Shown here piece by piece: positions 28,802-38,040 of a DNA stretch of 64,000 nt (within the stretch, counting starts at the first letter, position 1; every line of letters begins with the position of its first letter). The position numbers and the translations under genes were made by a program. The DNA lies in the NCBI GenBank assembly GCA_963736125.1, contig CAVTNQ010000002.1, forward strand, positions 292,989 through 356,988, read 5' to 3'. A model generated the notes under the pieces. That model saw nothing but the letters and a program-made list of their open reading frames with translations, was not told where the DNA came from and did no database searches. This stretch comes from Candidatus Latescibacterota bacterium (lineage in GTDB: Bacteria; Krumholzibacteriota; Krumholzibacteriia; WVZY01; JAKEHA01).

Positions 28802-29223
28802 TGGACGGTCGCACGGTGATCATGCCTAGCGAGACCACGAGTTCGATTCGACAGCATTGCTCGGTCTGCAAGGCCGACTTCGACATGGACGTCATTAAGC
28901 AGGGGAGCACGGAGGACGTGCTCTGGCTCAAGTGTCCGGGTTGCCAGGGATTCCTTCCCTACATGCCCAAGGAAGACTTGACCGATGTCGAAGATCGCGT
29001 CCCGGACGAGCAGAAGTTCGCGTTGGAGGATCTCGACGTCGAGCACGCGAAGGAATACGCCGAGAACGAGGAGTACCAGATCGGTGAGGTATTGCACCAC
29101 CGGTCGTGGAATGATTTCGGCAAAGTCGTCGCGAAGGACAAGCTTCCAGGCAATCGCCGTACGATCTGGGTCCAGTTCATCCGACAGGGGCGTGTCCAGC
29201 TCCTCGAGGGCGTCGTCCACTAA
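28777..29223 (+). CDS. Small Cys-rich zinc-ribbon protein (hypothetical), overlaps the previous ORF by 25 nt
   Basis: 148 aa; the CSVCK...CPGC motif pair; acidic middle region; might be fused to the previous ORF if another indel is present. Confidence 0.4.
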   Translation: MLPRHYLLMDGRTVIMPSETTSSIRQHCSVCKADFDMDVIKQGSTEDVLWLKCPGCQGFLPYMPKEDLTDVEDRVPDEQKFALEDLDVEHAKEYAENEEYQIGEVLHHRSWNDFGKVVAKDKLPGNRRTIWVQFIRQGRVQLLEGVVH

Positions 29224-29241
29224 CGACGCGCTCCGAGGTTC

Positions 29242-30021
29242 GTGATGCACCGATGCCGTTGGGCGGCGTGCGTATGCGCGATCGCCCTGGCGGTCAATCC
29301 GATTCGGGCCGACGCCGCCGGCGTTTATGAAAACGCCGCCACGGAGTCGGCCCTTCTCGTTTCCCCCCAAAGAATCGTCGCGCGCGGCACGGTCGAAATC
29401 GGCTCCAGCCCGGGCCTCGACGCCACCATGTATCGCCTCCTCGCCGCCTTTCCGGCGCGGTCGTGGTTTCTGTTCTGGGTCGAGATGCCGCTCGTGGCCG
29501 TCTCGGATTCGGACGGCATCGAATCGGGGCCGGGCGACTTCATCCTGCGCGCGCGCGCGCGCACGTGGCACGCGAACGGCCACGCCCTCTCGCTCCTGGC
29601 GACCATCGGGACCAGCACCGGCAATCGCCGCTTCTTTCCGTACTCGTCGCAGACCCTCGACATCGACACCTCGGTCGGCTTCGTGGACTCGATCGGAACG
29701 GTGCAGCCCTTCGCGATCGTGGGCTACGAATGGGTCCATCGCGTCGACGAAGCCCTCTACACCGACGACACCGCACCCGCCAACCACCTCCGCGCCACCG
29801 CCGGCACCGACTTGAAGCTCGACACGAAAAGCAACCTCCGCGGCGGCGTCATGTTTCATTGGTACGACACCGGTGCCGAGCGCACGCTCGTTTTCGCGGG
29901 CGGGAGCTACGACTGGACGCCGTCGTTTCGCCTCCTCGCGGAAGGACAGGTCGAAACCGGGCCGGAAGCGCAGCGCGTCGGCGATTGGTCGCTGACCGCG
30001 GGACTCACGGTGCTGTTCTAA
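29242..30021 (+). CDS. Putative outer-membrane beta-barrel protein (hypothetical)
   Basis: Signal peptide (AIALAVNPIRADA); alternating amphipathic beta-strand pattern; ends in a terminal Phe as many OMPs do. Confidence 0.45.
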   Translation: MMHRCRWAACVCAIALAVNPIRADAAGVYENAATESALLVSPQRIVARGTVEIGSSPGLDATMYRLLAAFPARSWFLFWVEMPLVAVSDSDGIESGPGDFILRARARTWHANGHALSLLATIGTSTGNRRFFPYSSQTLDIDTSVGFVDSIGTVQPFAIVGYEWVHRVDEALYTDDTAPANHLRATAGTDLKLDTKSNLRGGVMFHWYDTGAERTLVFAGGSYDWTPSFRLLAEGQVETGPEAQRVGDWSLTAGLTVLF

Positions 30022-30239
30022 AACACGCGCGGATTACGCTCCCCGTTCGCAAAATCGCCCTTGGGGCGGCGTGCTGTTCCCAAAACGCCCTCGCACGTCT
30101 GTTCCAGTGGCGGTCGACGAGGGGCGAGGGATTCCCATTCTTCCGCATACGGACGCCCCGAAATCCGCTTTCTTGGTGGCACATCGATTGCCAATCAAGC
30201 CCCCGAGTACGGTCGCGAAAACAGCAGCGGAGGAAGACC

Positions 30240-30833
30240 TTGATCCGAATCGTCCTCATCGAAGACGACACCTTGATGCGCGAATGGTTGGGCCGTTCGC
30301 TCACGACGCGCGGCTACAACGTCGAGCGCTACGCCCGCGCCGAGGAAGCCTTGGAGGCACTGTGCTCGGACTCGCCGGACGCCGTCTTGACGGACGTCCG
30401 CATGCCGGGCATGTCGGGGATCGAACTCGGGCGGACACTCCGCGCGCGCGGGATCGACGTGCCCTTGGTCTTCATGAGCGCCGATCCGTCGGAATCCTTG
30501 GGTGTCGACGCCCTCGCCATCGGTGTTCGTCGATTGCTCCGCAAACCCTTCGGTGATCTCTCGGAGTTGTGGGCCGCCGTCGAAGACGCCGTGGCCGAAT
30601 CCATCTCCACCCCCAACGGCGACCTCGCCATGACGTCGCACGCGCTGCGGACACCCTTGACCGCGGTCAAGATGGCGTTCGAAGGCTTGATCGCCGATCG
30701 CGCGCTGGACGCGCGCGAACGCCATTTGGTCGAGATCGCCGCCCGCAATCTCGAACGCCTCACGACCGCCGTCGAAGACCACCTCACGCACTTGGCGTTG
30801 GTGGCCGACACCACGACGACTTCAGTCGACTAA
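30240..30833 (+). CDS. Response-regulator receiver fused to a HisKA-type dimerisation/phosphoacceptor domain, with no ATPase domain
   Basis: TTG start preceded by the SD GGAGGAAG; REC motifs (IVLIEDD...VLTDVRMPGMSG...KPF); an H-box SHALRTPLTAV; the protein ends after the HisKA helices at 198 aa; the ORF-track extension upstream of 30240 is spurious. Confidence 0.6.
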   Translation: MIRIVLIEDDTLMREWLGRSLTTRGYNVERYARAEEALEALCSDSPDAVLTDVRMPGMSGIELGRTLRARGIDVPLVFMSADPSESLGVDALAIGVRRLLRKPFGDLSELWAAVEDAVAESISTPNGDLAMTSHALRTPLTAVKMAFEGLIADRALDARERHLVEIAARNLERLTTAVEDHLTHLALVADTTTTSVD

Positions 30834-32209
30834 TCTCGATCGGATTTGGTTTCGAGGAGCTCGGCCATGCGGGACTTCTTGCGTCCCAATTCGCGCCGGG
30901 CCAGGTTGCGCTTGGCCGCGGCACCGCGTTCCGCCGCGGTGGTGACGCCGTCGGCCAGGATGAGGTCGAGCGGCTGATCGATGCTTCTGTCCGCCTTGAT
31001 GCGCGCGTTCTTCATCTCGAAGGTTCCCTCGTCGACGTGCTTCACGAGATACACCAGCGCCTCGATCCCGTCGCGACCCATGGCCTCGCAATGGACCGGG
31101 TCTCCGGATTCGAAGTAGACGCGGGCGTTTCCTTCCGGTGTGCGCAGCGCCAGGATACCGGTGAGCGCGGCGGCGTTGACCAGGCGCAGCGCTTCGGCGA
31201 CGTCGATCGTGGTCAGGTCGCCCGCGAGCGGCGACGGGTCGTGCACGCGCTTGGCCAAGCCGCGCGTGATCGGCGAGCGGAACACCAAGAAGGCGGCGAT
31301 CAACACGACGATCGCCGTGAGGTGACGCTCCAGCGATCGCGCGACACTGGGGATTACGGCGCGGGCCGCGTCGAGGACCTGGCGCGGCGCGGGCGGAGTC
31401 ACGACGGGCGGCGCCGGCGCGGGACCGCCGGAGAGCGCGCGAAACTGTTCGCGCGCCCATTCATTGGACGGGTCTTGCGCGAGGATCGCCTGCAGCACGT
31501 CGGAGGCTTCGTCGCGCATCCAGTCCTTCGATTCGAGCAAGCGCTTCGCCGACGACTCGAGCTCTTCGACCTGCTTCTGTTCGTGCTGCGTCGAAATCTC
31601 GGAGCGCAGTCGCTGGTATTCTTCCTTCGGATCCTTCGCGAGCGCCAAGTCGACGTTGGAGAGGGCCGCGTCGCTCTGTCCGAGTGCAGCCAAGCAGCGT
31701 GCCTTGGCGGCGTAGAAGCGCGCGTTGTTGGGGTCGATGGTGAGTAAGAGCGACAATCGCGGCAGCGCCGATTCGAACTGCGACGCCGTCATGAGCGAGT
31801 CGACCTGGTGGGCCAGCGACACGCGCAACTCGCGCTCGATTTGGCGCCGGAGCTCCGGGATGTCGTCGCGGCCGGGGACCAGACTGGCGGCGCGGATCAG
31901 GAGCCCGCGCGCATACTCGAGCCGTCCCGTGCGGTGATAGAGCGCCGCCAATTCGCACATTGCCTCCACGTCGCCGGGGTTTCGGAGCAGGACTTCCTGG
32001 TAGTAGACCTCGGCCAGCGCGAAGTGGGACATATTGGCCGCCGCGCGACCCATGCCCATGAGTTCCTCGCGCGTCGTCGTCGAGTCGAATAGTGCCTCGT
32101 TGTTCCATTCCGTGCCCAGTCCCGACGCCTTCTGGGCGCTCGACACGGTGGGGCCGGCGGCGACGACGGCGCTTGCAGCCACTAGGACGATGTAGACGAA
32201 GCGCGGCAT
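30830..32209 (-). CDS. TPR-repeat protein with a C-terminal DUF4388-like domain
   Basis: Signal/TM N-terminus, several TPR-like helical repeats, and a C-terminal segment (GDLTTIDVAEALRLV...VYFESGDPVHCEAMGRDGIEALVYLV) resembling DUF4388; an ATG at 32209 is preferred over the TTG at 32266. Confidence 0.45.
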   Translation of the reverse strand: MPRFVYIVLVAASAVVAAGPTVSSAQKASGLGTEWNNEALFDSTTTREELMGMGRAAANMSHFALAEVYYQEVLLRNPGDVEAMCELAALYHRTGRLEYARGLLIRAASLVPGRDDIPELRRQIERELRVSLAHQVDSLMTASQFESALPRLSLLLTIDPNNARFYAAKARCLAALGQSDAALSNVDLALAKDPKEEYQRLRSEISTQHEQKQVEELESSAKRLLESKDWMRDEASDVLQAILAQDPSNEWAREQFRALSGGPAPAPPVVTPPAPRQVLDAARAVIPSVARSLERHLTAIVVLIAAFLVFRSPITRGLAKRVHDPSPLAGDLTTIDVAEALRLVNAAALTGILALRTPEGNARVYFESGDPVHCEAMGRDGIEALVYLVKHVDEGTFEMKNARIKADRSIDQPLDLILADGVTTAAERGAAAKRNLARRELGRKKSRMAELLETKSDRD

Positions 32210-32279
32210 AACCGGCAGCAAAACGCAACATTCGTACCAGCGGAGAAGGGCGCGGCGAGGCGCCAAAGCGGCGTGGAGG

Positions 32280-33746
32280 CTACTTGCGCACGGTGTCGGC
32301 GAGCGACGACTTCACCCACGTGTCGACGTCGAGGTAACGCGCGGGGTCGCGGAGAATCGAAACACCGTGGCCCGCGGACTGGTAGCGCTTGGTGAGCAGG
32401 AGATCCGACGGCACGGCCGCGCTGAAGACGCCGAGCGAGCGCACCGCGTACGTGTCCTCGTCGCTCGCGACCGCGAGCACCGGTCGCGGCGGACGAAACG
32501 AGATCGCGGAGACGAGGTCCAAGTCCTCGGCGTCGAACACGGGCGAGAGGTGCACCGCGACCGGTGCCAGGTTGTACTCGTGGATCGCGCGTTCGACGAA
32601 CCCGCACGCGTACCCCGCGGCCACGATGGCAATGCGCGTCCGATCGATCTTGCGCGTCTCGACCAGATACGTGAACGCGACCGCGATGTCGCCCGGCAGT
32701 TGGTCGTACTGGTGCGCCGGCAGGTCCGCAATCGACGGCAGCGAATCGCAGCGACTGTCGCCCTGCCCGCGCATGTCGAGGGTGAGTGTCGTGAAGCCGT
32801 CGAGCGTCATGAGCTGCGCGTACGGCGTGTAGGCCGAGCGCCGGCTGCCGACGTCGGCGATGAACAGAATCGCCGACGGCCCCTCGCCCGCGCGCAGGGT
32901 GGCTTCCAGGCGGACGTGGTTCGAGGCTTGCAGCTCGACCAGGGTCGCGTGCTCGTGCGCGAGTGCTTCGGCGCGGCGCTTGCGCGCGTCGGCCACCGCC
33001 TGGTTGACCATGCCGTCGAAGCCGGTCGCGTCGACCGACTTCCGGTCGTGCGCGAGTATTGCCACCAAGGCGCTCTCGTCGTCCGGATTGCTTGCGCCCG
33101 TGTCGCCGATTAGCTCCAGGAGTGTTGCGCGCGCCTCTTGATTCCGGCCGAGTTTCGACAAGCACTGCGACTTCGTGCGACGCGCGTCCTCGGCGGCGTC
33201 GTCTTCGGACAACGCCACGGCTTGATCCGCGACGCGGAGCGCGTCCTCGCACTTGCCCACCTTCGCGAAGGCGCGGGCGCGGATCGCGTAGGTCTGTCCT
33301 ATGTAGGGAGGCGGTGCGGGCGCCGAATTCGCCCACCCGATCGCGTTGTGCGTGACTTCCAGCGCGCGTTCGGGGTCGCCGCGCGTGTCGAGGAGAAACT
33401 CGGCGTACGCATTCGACGCGGCGGCGTCGTACGGAAAGAAGGCGAGGATGCGTTCGTAGGCGGCCTGCGCATCGTCGACGCGGCCGACGGAAACGTAGAG
33501 GTCGGCGAGCCAGCGCAACGCCACCGCCTGGCGCTCGGCGGGGACATCGCCGCTGAGCAATCCTTCCAGCTCGTAGATGCGGCGCTCGGTCGCGGCGCGC
33601 GTGTCGATGGGTCCGCCGACGCCCTGCGCGAGCGCCGGTATCGAAATCGACATGACGAGGAACAATACGGCCGCTGCGATCGATCCCTCGACGCGATTTC
33701 TGGAGCACGAATGAAACACCTTATTATCCGTCTCGTGCGACAGCAT
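32280..33746 (-). CDS. Secreted TPR-repeat protein fused to an alpha/beta-hydrolase (dienelactone-hydrolase-like) domain
   Basis: Signal peptide; TPR region; C-terminal alpha/beta-hydrolase-like region (about 200 aa; no clear GxSxG nucleophile elbow, family unassigned). Confidence 0.45.
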   Translation of the reverse strand: MLSHETDNKVFHSCSRNRVEGSIAAAVLFLVMSISIPALAQGVGGPIDTRAATERRIYELEGLLSGDVPAERQAVALRWLADLYVSVGRVDDAQAAYERILAFFPYDAAASNAYAEFLLDTRGDPERALEVTHNAIGWANSAPAPPPYIGQTYAIRARAFAKVGKCEDALRVADQAVALSEDDAAEDARRTKSQCLSKLGRNQEARATLLELIGDTGASNPDDESALVAILAHDRKSVDATGFDGMVNQAVADARKRRAEALAHEHATLVELQASNHVRLEATLRAGEGPSAILFIADVGSRRSAYTPYAQLMTLDGFTTLTLDMRGQGDSRCDSLPSIADLPAHQYDQLPGDIAVAFTYLVETRKIDRTRIAIVAAGYACGFVERAIHEYNLAPVAVHLSPVFDAEDLDLVSAISFRPPRPVLAVASDEDTYAVRSLGVFSAAVPSDLLLTKRYQSAGHGVSILRDPARYLDVDTWVKSSLADTVRK

Positions 33747-33781
33747 GAGCGGAGAGGGACGATCGCAGCGGCCGGACAGCG

Positions 33782-34342
33782 TCACAACCCCAGCTCCGTC
33801 GCGATACCGCGCAGCGCGGTGATCACGTTCTGGATGTGCGCGTCGAGCGGAATTTCGATCAACTCGGCGCCCCTTGCGATATCCTCGCGCGAGACGTTGC
33901 GCGCGAACGCCTTGTCCTTGAGCTTCTTCTTCACCGACGACGGCTCGACTTCGTCGATCTTCTTGGACGGCCGCACCAGTGTCACCGCGGTGACGAAACC
34001 GCACAACTCGTCGACCGCGAACAGCGTCTTCTGCATGGGCGTCGTGCGCGCGACGCCGGTGTGCTCGGCGTGCGATAGAATCGCGTCGATCAATTCGGCG
34101 TCGTAACCGCGCGCGCGCAGAATTTCGGCGCCCTTGAACGGGTGGTCGTCGAGCGACGGATATTGCTCGTAGTCGAAGTCGTGGAGGAGTCCGGCCGCCC
34201 CCCAGCGCTCGGGGTCTTCGCCGAAGTGGACGGCGTAGAAGCGCATGGCCGCTTCCACCGCGAAGGCGTGCTTCAACAGGCTTTCGCCCCGGGTGTGTTC
34301 CTGGAGCACGACAAGTGCCTCTGCGCGCGATGGAAACGACAC
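33782..34342 (-). CDS. HD/HDIG-domain metal-dependent phosphohydrolase
   Basis: The H...HD...D pattern (LLKHAFAVEAAMRFYA...GLLHDFDYEQ); the long N-terminal part of the ORF-track ORF is antisense noise; a GTG at about 34342 with an AAGGA SD is assumed. Confidence 0.5.
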   Translation of the reverse strand: MSFPSRAEALVVLQEHTRGESLLKHAFAVEAAMRFYAVHFGEDPERWGAAGLLHDFDYEQYPSLDDHPFKGAEILRARGYDAELIDAILSHAEHTGVARTTPMQKTLFAVDELCGFVTAVTLVRPSKKIDEVEPSSVKKKLKDKAFARNVSREDIARGAELIEIPLDAHIQNVITALRGIATELGL

Positions 34343-34429
34343 GTCGACGTCCTTAAGGTTGTTTGCGAGCGGTGGGGGGAATCGTCTATATTGGGGTCTC
34401 AATCGAACGAATGACCACACGATGATAGT

Positions 34430-36217
34430 ATGAACGCACCCGCGAGTTCCAAAGAAAAACGGCGCGCCGCCCTCAAAGTCATCTTCCGCTACCTGGGACG
34501 GTATCGCGGACAAATGGCGCTCGGCGCCCTGAGCCTGGTGGCGGCCGACCTGCTGGTGCTCGCCAATCCGTGGATCTTGAAGACCACCATCGACGCGCTC
34601 TCGCGCGGCATCACCAAGCGCGAGCTGGTGACGTACGCCGGGCTCTTGATCGCCGTGAGCGCGGTCGGCGGTACGTTTCGCTTTTTCATGCGGCGCATCA
34701 TGATCGGCGTCTCGCGGCGCATCGAAGTCGACATGCGCGCCGACTTCTTCGGCCACTTGCAGACCTTGAGTCCCGCCTTCTACCACCGCCACCGCACCGG
34801 CGAATTGATGGCGCTCGCCACCAACGACCTGAACGCGGTGCGCACACTGGTCGGGCCCGCCGTCATGTACTCGATGAATACGATCGTGATTGGAAGCCTC
34901 TCGATCACGTTGATGGCGATTCTGTCATGGAAGCTCACCATCGCGGCCCTGATGCCGATGGTCGTCTTGACGGTCGCGGTCTACTACAGCATTCGCATCA
35001 TCCATCGCTTGTTCGAGATCGTGCAGGCCAAGTTCGCGACCATCAACGCGCGCGCCCAGGAAAACCTGGCCGGCATCCGCGTGGTCAAGGCCTACGCGCG
35101 CGAGCCCTACGAGATCGAACAGTTCGCGGGTGCGAGCGAAGAGTACGTCGAAGCCAACTTGAAGCTGTTTCGCGTGCAGAGCCTGCTGCACCCATTGCTC
35201 GGGACCGTGGCCGGGCTCGGTGTCGTGGCGATTCTCCTCTTCGGCGGTCGCTTGCTCATCGACGGCGAGATCACGCTGGGGACGTTCGTCGCCTTCAACG
35301 GCTATCTCACCATGCTGATCTGGCCCGTCATCGCGCTCGGCTGGGTGATGAACATGACCGAGCAGGGACTGGCGTCGATGCAGCGCATGAACGACGTCAT
35401 GACGGAGCAGTCGGAGATAACCGACGCCGGTGTGAAGGCCGGAGAGGCCGAGGCACCCGGCGGCGCGGCGATCCGCTTCGAGGACGTTTCCTTCTCGTAC
35501 GCCGGCAACGGCGACCGCGGCGACATCTTGAAGAACGTGTCGTTCGAGATTCAGGACGGCGAGACGGTGGCGATCGTCGGTCCCACCGGCTCCGGCAAGA
35601 CCACCGTCATCTCGCTCATCCTGCGCTTGTACGACGTCGGTCGCGGCCGCGTGCTGGTGGGCGGGCGCGACGTGCGCGAGATTCCGCTCTCCGAGCTGCG
35701 CGGCATGGTGGGCTTGGTACCGCAGGACATCTTCCTGTTCTCCGAATCGATTCGCGACAACGTCGCCTTCGGCGTCAAAGAGCTGCACGACCCCGTGCTG
35801 GAAGAAGTGACGCGCACCGCGTCCATCTACGAAGAAGTCGACGAATTCCCCCACCGCTTCGAATCGATGATCGGCGAGCGCGGCATCAATCTATCGGGCG
35901 GACAGAAGCAGCGCGTCGCCATCGCGCGCGCACTAGCCAAGCGGCCGCGCCTGCTCATTCTCGACGACGCCTTGTCCTCGGTCGACGCCACCACGGAAGA
36001 GAAGATCCTGGGGTCGCTCAAGGGTGAGTTCGAGAATCGCACCGCGATCTTGATCTCGCACCGCATCTCGACCGCGCGCGAAGCCGATCGCATCATCGTC
36101 TTGAAGGACGGCGAAGTCGCCGAGCAGGGAACCCACGAAGAGCTGATCGCGCACGGCGGACTCTACGCCGAAATGCACCACAAGCAGATGCTCATGGTGG
36201 CGCTGGAGGGGGCGTAG
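34430..36217 (+). CDS. ABC transporter, fused permease/ATPase (MsbA-like type I exporter half-transporter)
   Basis: Six TM helices, then Walker A GPTGSGKTT, the ABC signature LSGGQKQR and Walker B LILDDALSSVD. Confidence 0.85.
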   Translation: MNAPASSKEKRRAALKVIFRYLGRYRGQMALGALSLVAADLLVLANPWILKTTIDALSRGITKRELVTYAGLLIAVSAVGGTFRFFMRRIMIGVSRRIEVDMRADFFGHLQTLSPAFYHRHRTGELMALATNDLNAVRTLVGPAVMYSMNTIVIGSLSITLMAILSWKLTIAALMPMVVLTVAVYYSIRIIHRLFEIVQAKFATINARAQENLAGIRVVKAYAREPYEIEQFAGASEEYVEANLKLFRVQSLLHPLLGTVAGLGVVAILLFGGRLLIDGEITLGTFVAFNGYLTMLIWPVIALGWVMNMTEQGLASMQRMNDVMTEQSEITDAGVKAGEAEAPGGAAIRFEDVSFSYAGNGDRGDILKNVSFEIQDGETVAIVGPTGSGKTTVISLILRLYDVGRGRVLVGGRDVREIPLSELRGMVGLVPQDIFLFSESIRDNVAFGVKELHDPVLEEVTRTASIYEEVDEFPHRFESMIGERGINLSGGQKQRVAIARALAKRPRLLILDDALSSVDATTEEKILGSLKGEFENRTAILISHRISTAREADRIIVLKDGEVAEQGTHEELIAHGGLYAEMHHKQMLMVALEGA

Positions 36218-36219
36218 GC

Positions 36220-38031
36220 ATGGAGTACATCCAGGCCGACGAGCTGCAGGAAAAACCCTACGACGGCCGCTTGATGAGGCGGCTGCTCACGTACTTGAAG
36301 CCCTACAAGAAGTACGTCGGCGCCAGCATGGTGCTCTTGGCCGTCGAATCGCTGCTCGAGCTGGCCCCGCCGTTCATCACCAAGGTCGCCATCGACCGCT
36401 ACCTCGCGCCGACGGGAGACGTGGCACTCGCCGTACGCCACGCCGGTCTCTATAAGGTGGTCGCGGCCCTCGGCATCGCACTTCTGGCCGGGTTCGTGTC
36501 GAGCTACGCGCACGGCCTCATGATGAGTGTGGTCGGGCAGCGCGTGATGTTCGACATGCGCATGCAGATCTTCAAGCGCCTGCAGAAGCTCGACGTCTCC
36601 TTCTTCGACCGCAATCCGGTGGGGCGCTTGATGACGCGCTTGACCAACGACGTCGAAACGCTGAACGAAATGTTCACCGCGGGCGTGGTGGCGATTTTTC
36701 TGGATATCTTCACGCTGGCGGGAATTGTGGTCGTCCTTATATGGCTCAATTGGAAGCTGGCGCTGATCACGTTCACGGTATTGCCGCTCTTGTATGTGGC
36801 GGCGCATTTGTTTCGTACCAAGGCGCGCGAATCGTATCGCAACGTGCGCGTGCGCCTGGCCGCGCTCAACACGTTCCTGCAGGAAAACGTGACCGGCATG
36901 GCGGTGGTGCAGGTGTTCAATCGCGAACAGGCGCAGTTCGGGCGCTTCACGCGCCTCAATCAGAATCTCTACGACGCGCACATCCAGGGGGTGGTGGCGC
37001 ACTCGGTGTTCTATCCCGCGGTCGAGTTGTTGAGCTCGGTCGCGATCGCGCTGATCATCGCCTTCGGCGGGCTCGACGTGATCGCGGGGGCGATGACGTT
37101 CGGGTCGTTGGTGGCGTTCATCCAGTACGCGCAGCGTTTCTACCGCCCCATCAGCGACCTGTCGGAAAAGTACAACATCCTGCAGTCGGCGATGGCGTCG
37201 TCGGAGCGCATCTTCGGCATCCTCGATCGCGAGCCCACCATCGTCGACCCGGCGCAGCCGGCGTCGATGCCGGACCGGCCTTCCGAAGTGGTGTTCGACC
37301 ACGTGAGCTTTTCGTATAACAAGGACACCGAAGTGCTGCACGACGTGTCGTTCCGCGTGGGCGCGGGCGAGAAGGTGGCCATCGTGGGCTACACGGGCGC
37401 GGGGAAGACCACCATCATCTCGCTGCTCTCGCGCTTCTACGACGTCGAGCAGGGTCGCATCCTGATCGACGGCGTCGACGTGCGCCAATACGCACTGACC
37501 GATCTGCGCCGCCACATCGCGACGGTCCTCCAGGACGTGTTTCTCTTCTCCGGGAGTGTTGCGCACAACATCCATTTGGGCGACCCCTCCATCACCGAAG
37601 AGCGCATACGCGAGGTCGCGCGCTACATCAACGCCGAGCGCTTCATCGAGCGCTTGCCCCACACGTATGACGAAGGCGTGGGCGAGCGCGGGAGTTCGCT
37701 CTCGGTGGGCGAGCGACAATTGCTTTCCTTCGCACGGGCGCTGGTCTACGATCCGAAGATTCTCGTGCTCGACGAAGCCACCTCGAGTGTCGACACCGAG
37801 ACCGAATTCCTGGTGCAAGACGCGCTGCGCAAGTTCATGGCCGGGCGCACGTCGATCGTGATTGCTCACCGCCTCTCCACCATTCGCTACGTCGACCGCA
37901 TCATCGTGTTGCACAAGGGCCGCGTGGTCGAAGAGGGCACCCACGCGGAACTTCTGGCCGAGGGCGGCCACTACGCGAAGCTCTACGAGCTGCAGTTCAA
38001 GGACCAGGAGTCGCGGGAGATGGTGGACTGA
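36220..38031 (+). CDS. ABC transporter, fused permease/ATPase (second half-transporter; likely heterodimer partner)
   Basis: TM domain, then Walker A GYTGAGKTT, signature LSVGERQL and Walker B LVLDEATSSVD; starts 3 nt after the previous gene. Confidence 0.85.
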   Translation: MEYIQADELQEKPYDGRLMRRLLTYLKPYKKYVGASMVLLAVESLLELAPPFITKVAIDRYLAPTGDVALAVRHAGLYKVVAALGIALLAGFVSSYAHGLMMSVVGQRVMFDMRMQIFKRLQKLDVSFFDRNPVGRLMTRLTNDVETLNEMFTAGVVAIFLDIFTLAGIVVVLIWLNWKLALITFTVLPLLYVAAHLFRTKARESYRNVRVRLAALNTFLQENVTGMAVVQVFNREQAQFGRFTRLNQNLYDAHIQGVVAHSVFYPAVELLSSVAIALIIAFGGLDVIAGAMTFGSLVAFIQYAQRFYRPISDLSEKYNILQSAMASSERIFGILDREPTIVDPAQPASMPDRPSEVVFDHVSFSYNKDTEVLHDVSFRVGAGEKVAIVGYTGAGKTTIISLLSRFYDVEQGRILIDGVDVRQYALTDLRRHIATVLQDVFLFSGSVAHNIHLGDPSITEERIREVARYINAERFIERLPHTYDEGVGERGSSLSVGERQLLSFARALVYDPKILVLDEATSSVDTETEFLVQDALRKFMAGRTSIVIAHRLSTIRYVDRIIVLHKGRVVEEGTHAELLAEGGHYAKLYELQFKDQESREMVD

Positions 38032-38040
38032 ACGAGTACG

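Noticed and set aside
29463-30833. A 456-aa + strand ORF
   Set aside because: The upstream about 250 codons overlap the OMP gene in another frame and are Arg-rich noise. Only the last 198 codons, from the TTG at 30240 with a strong SD, form a coherent REC-HisKA protein.
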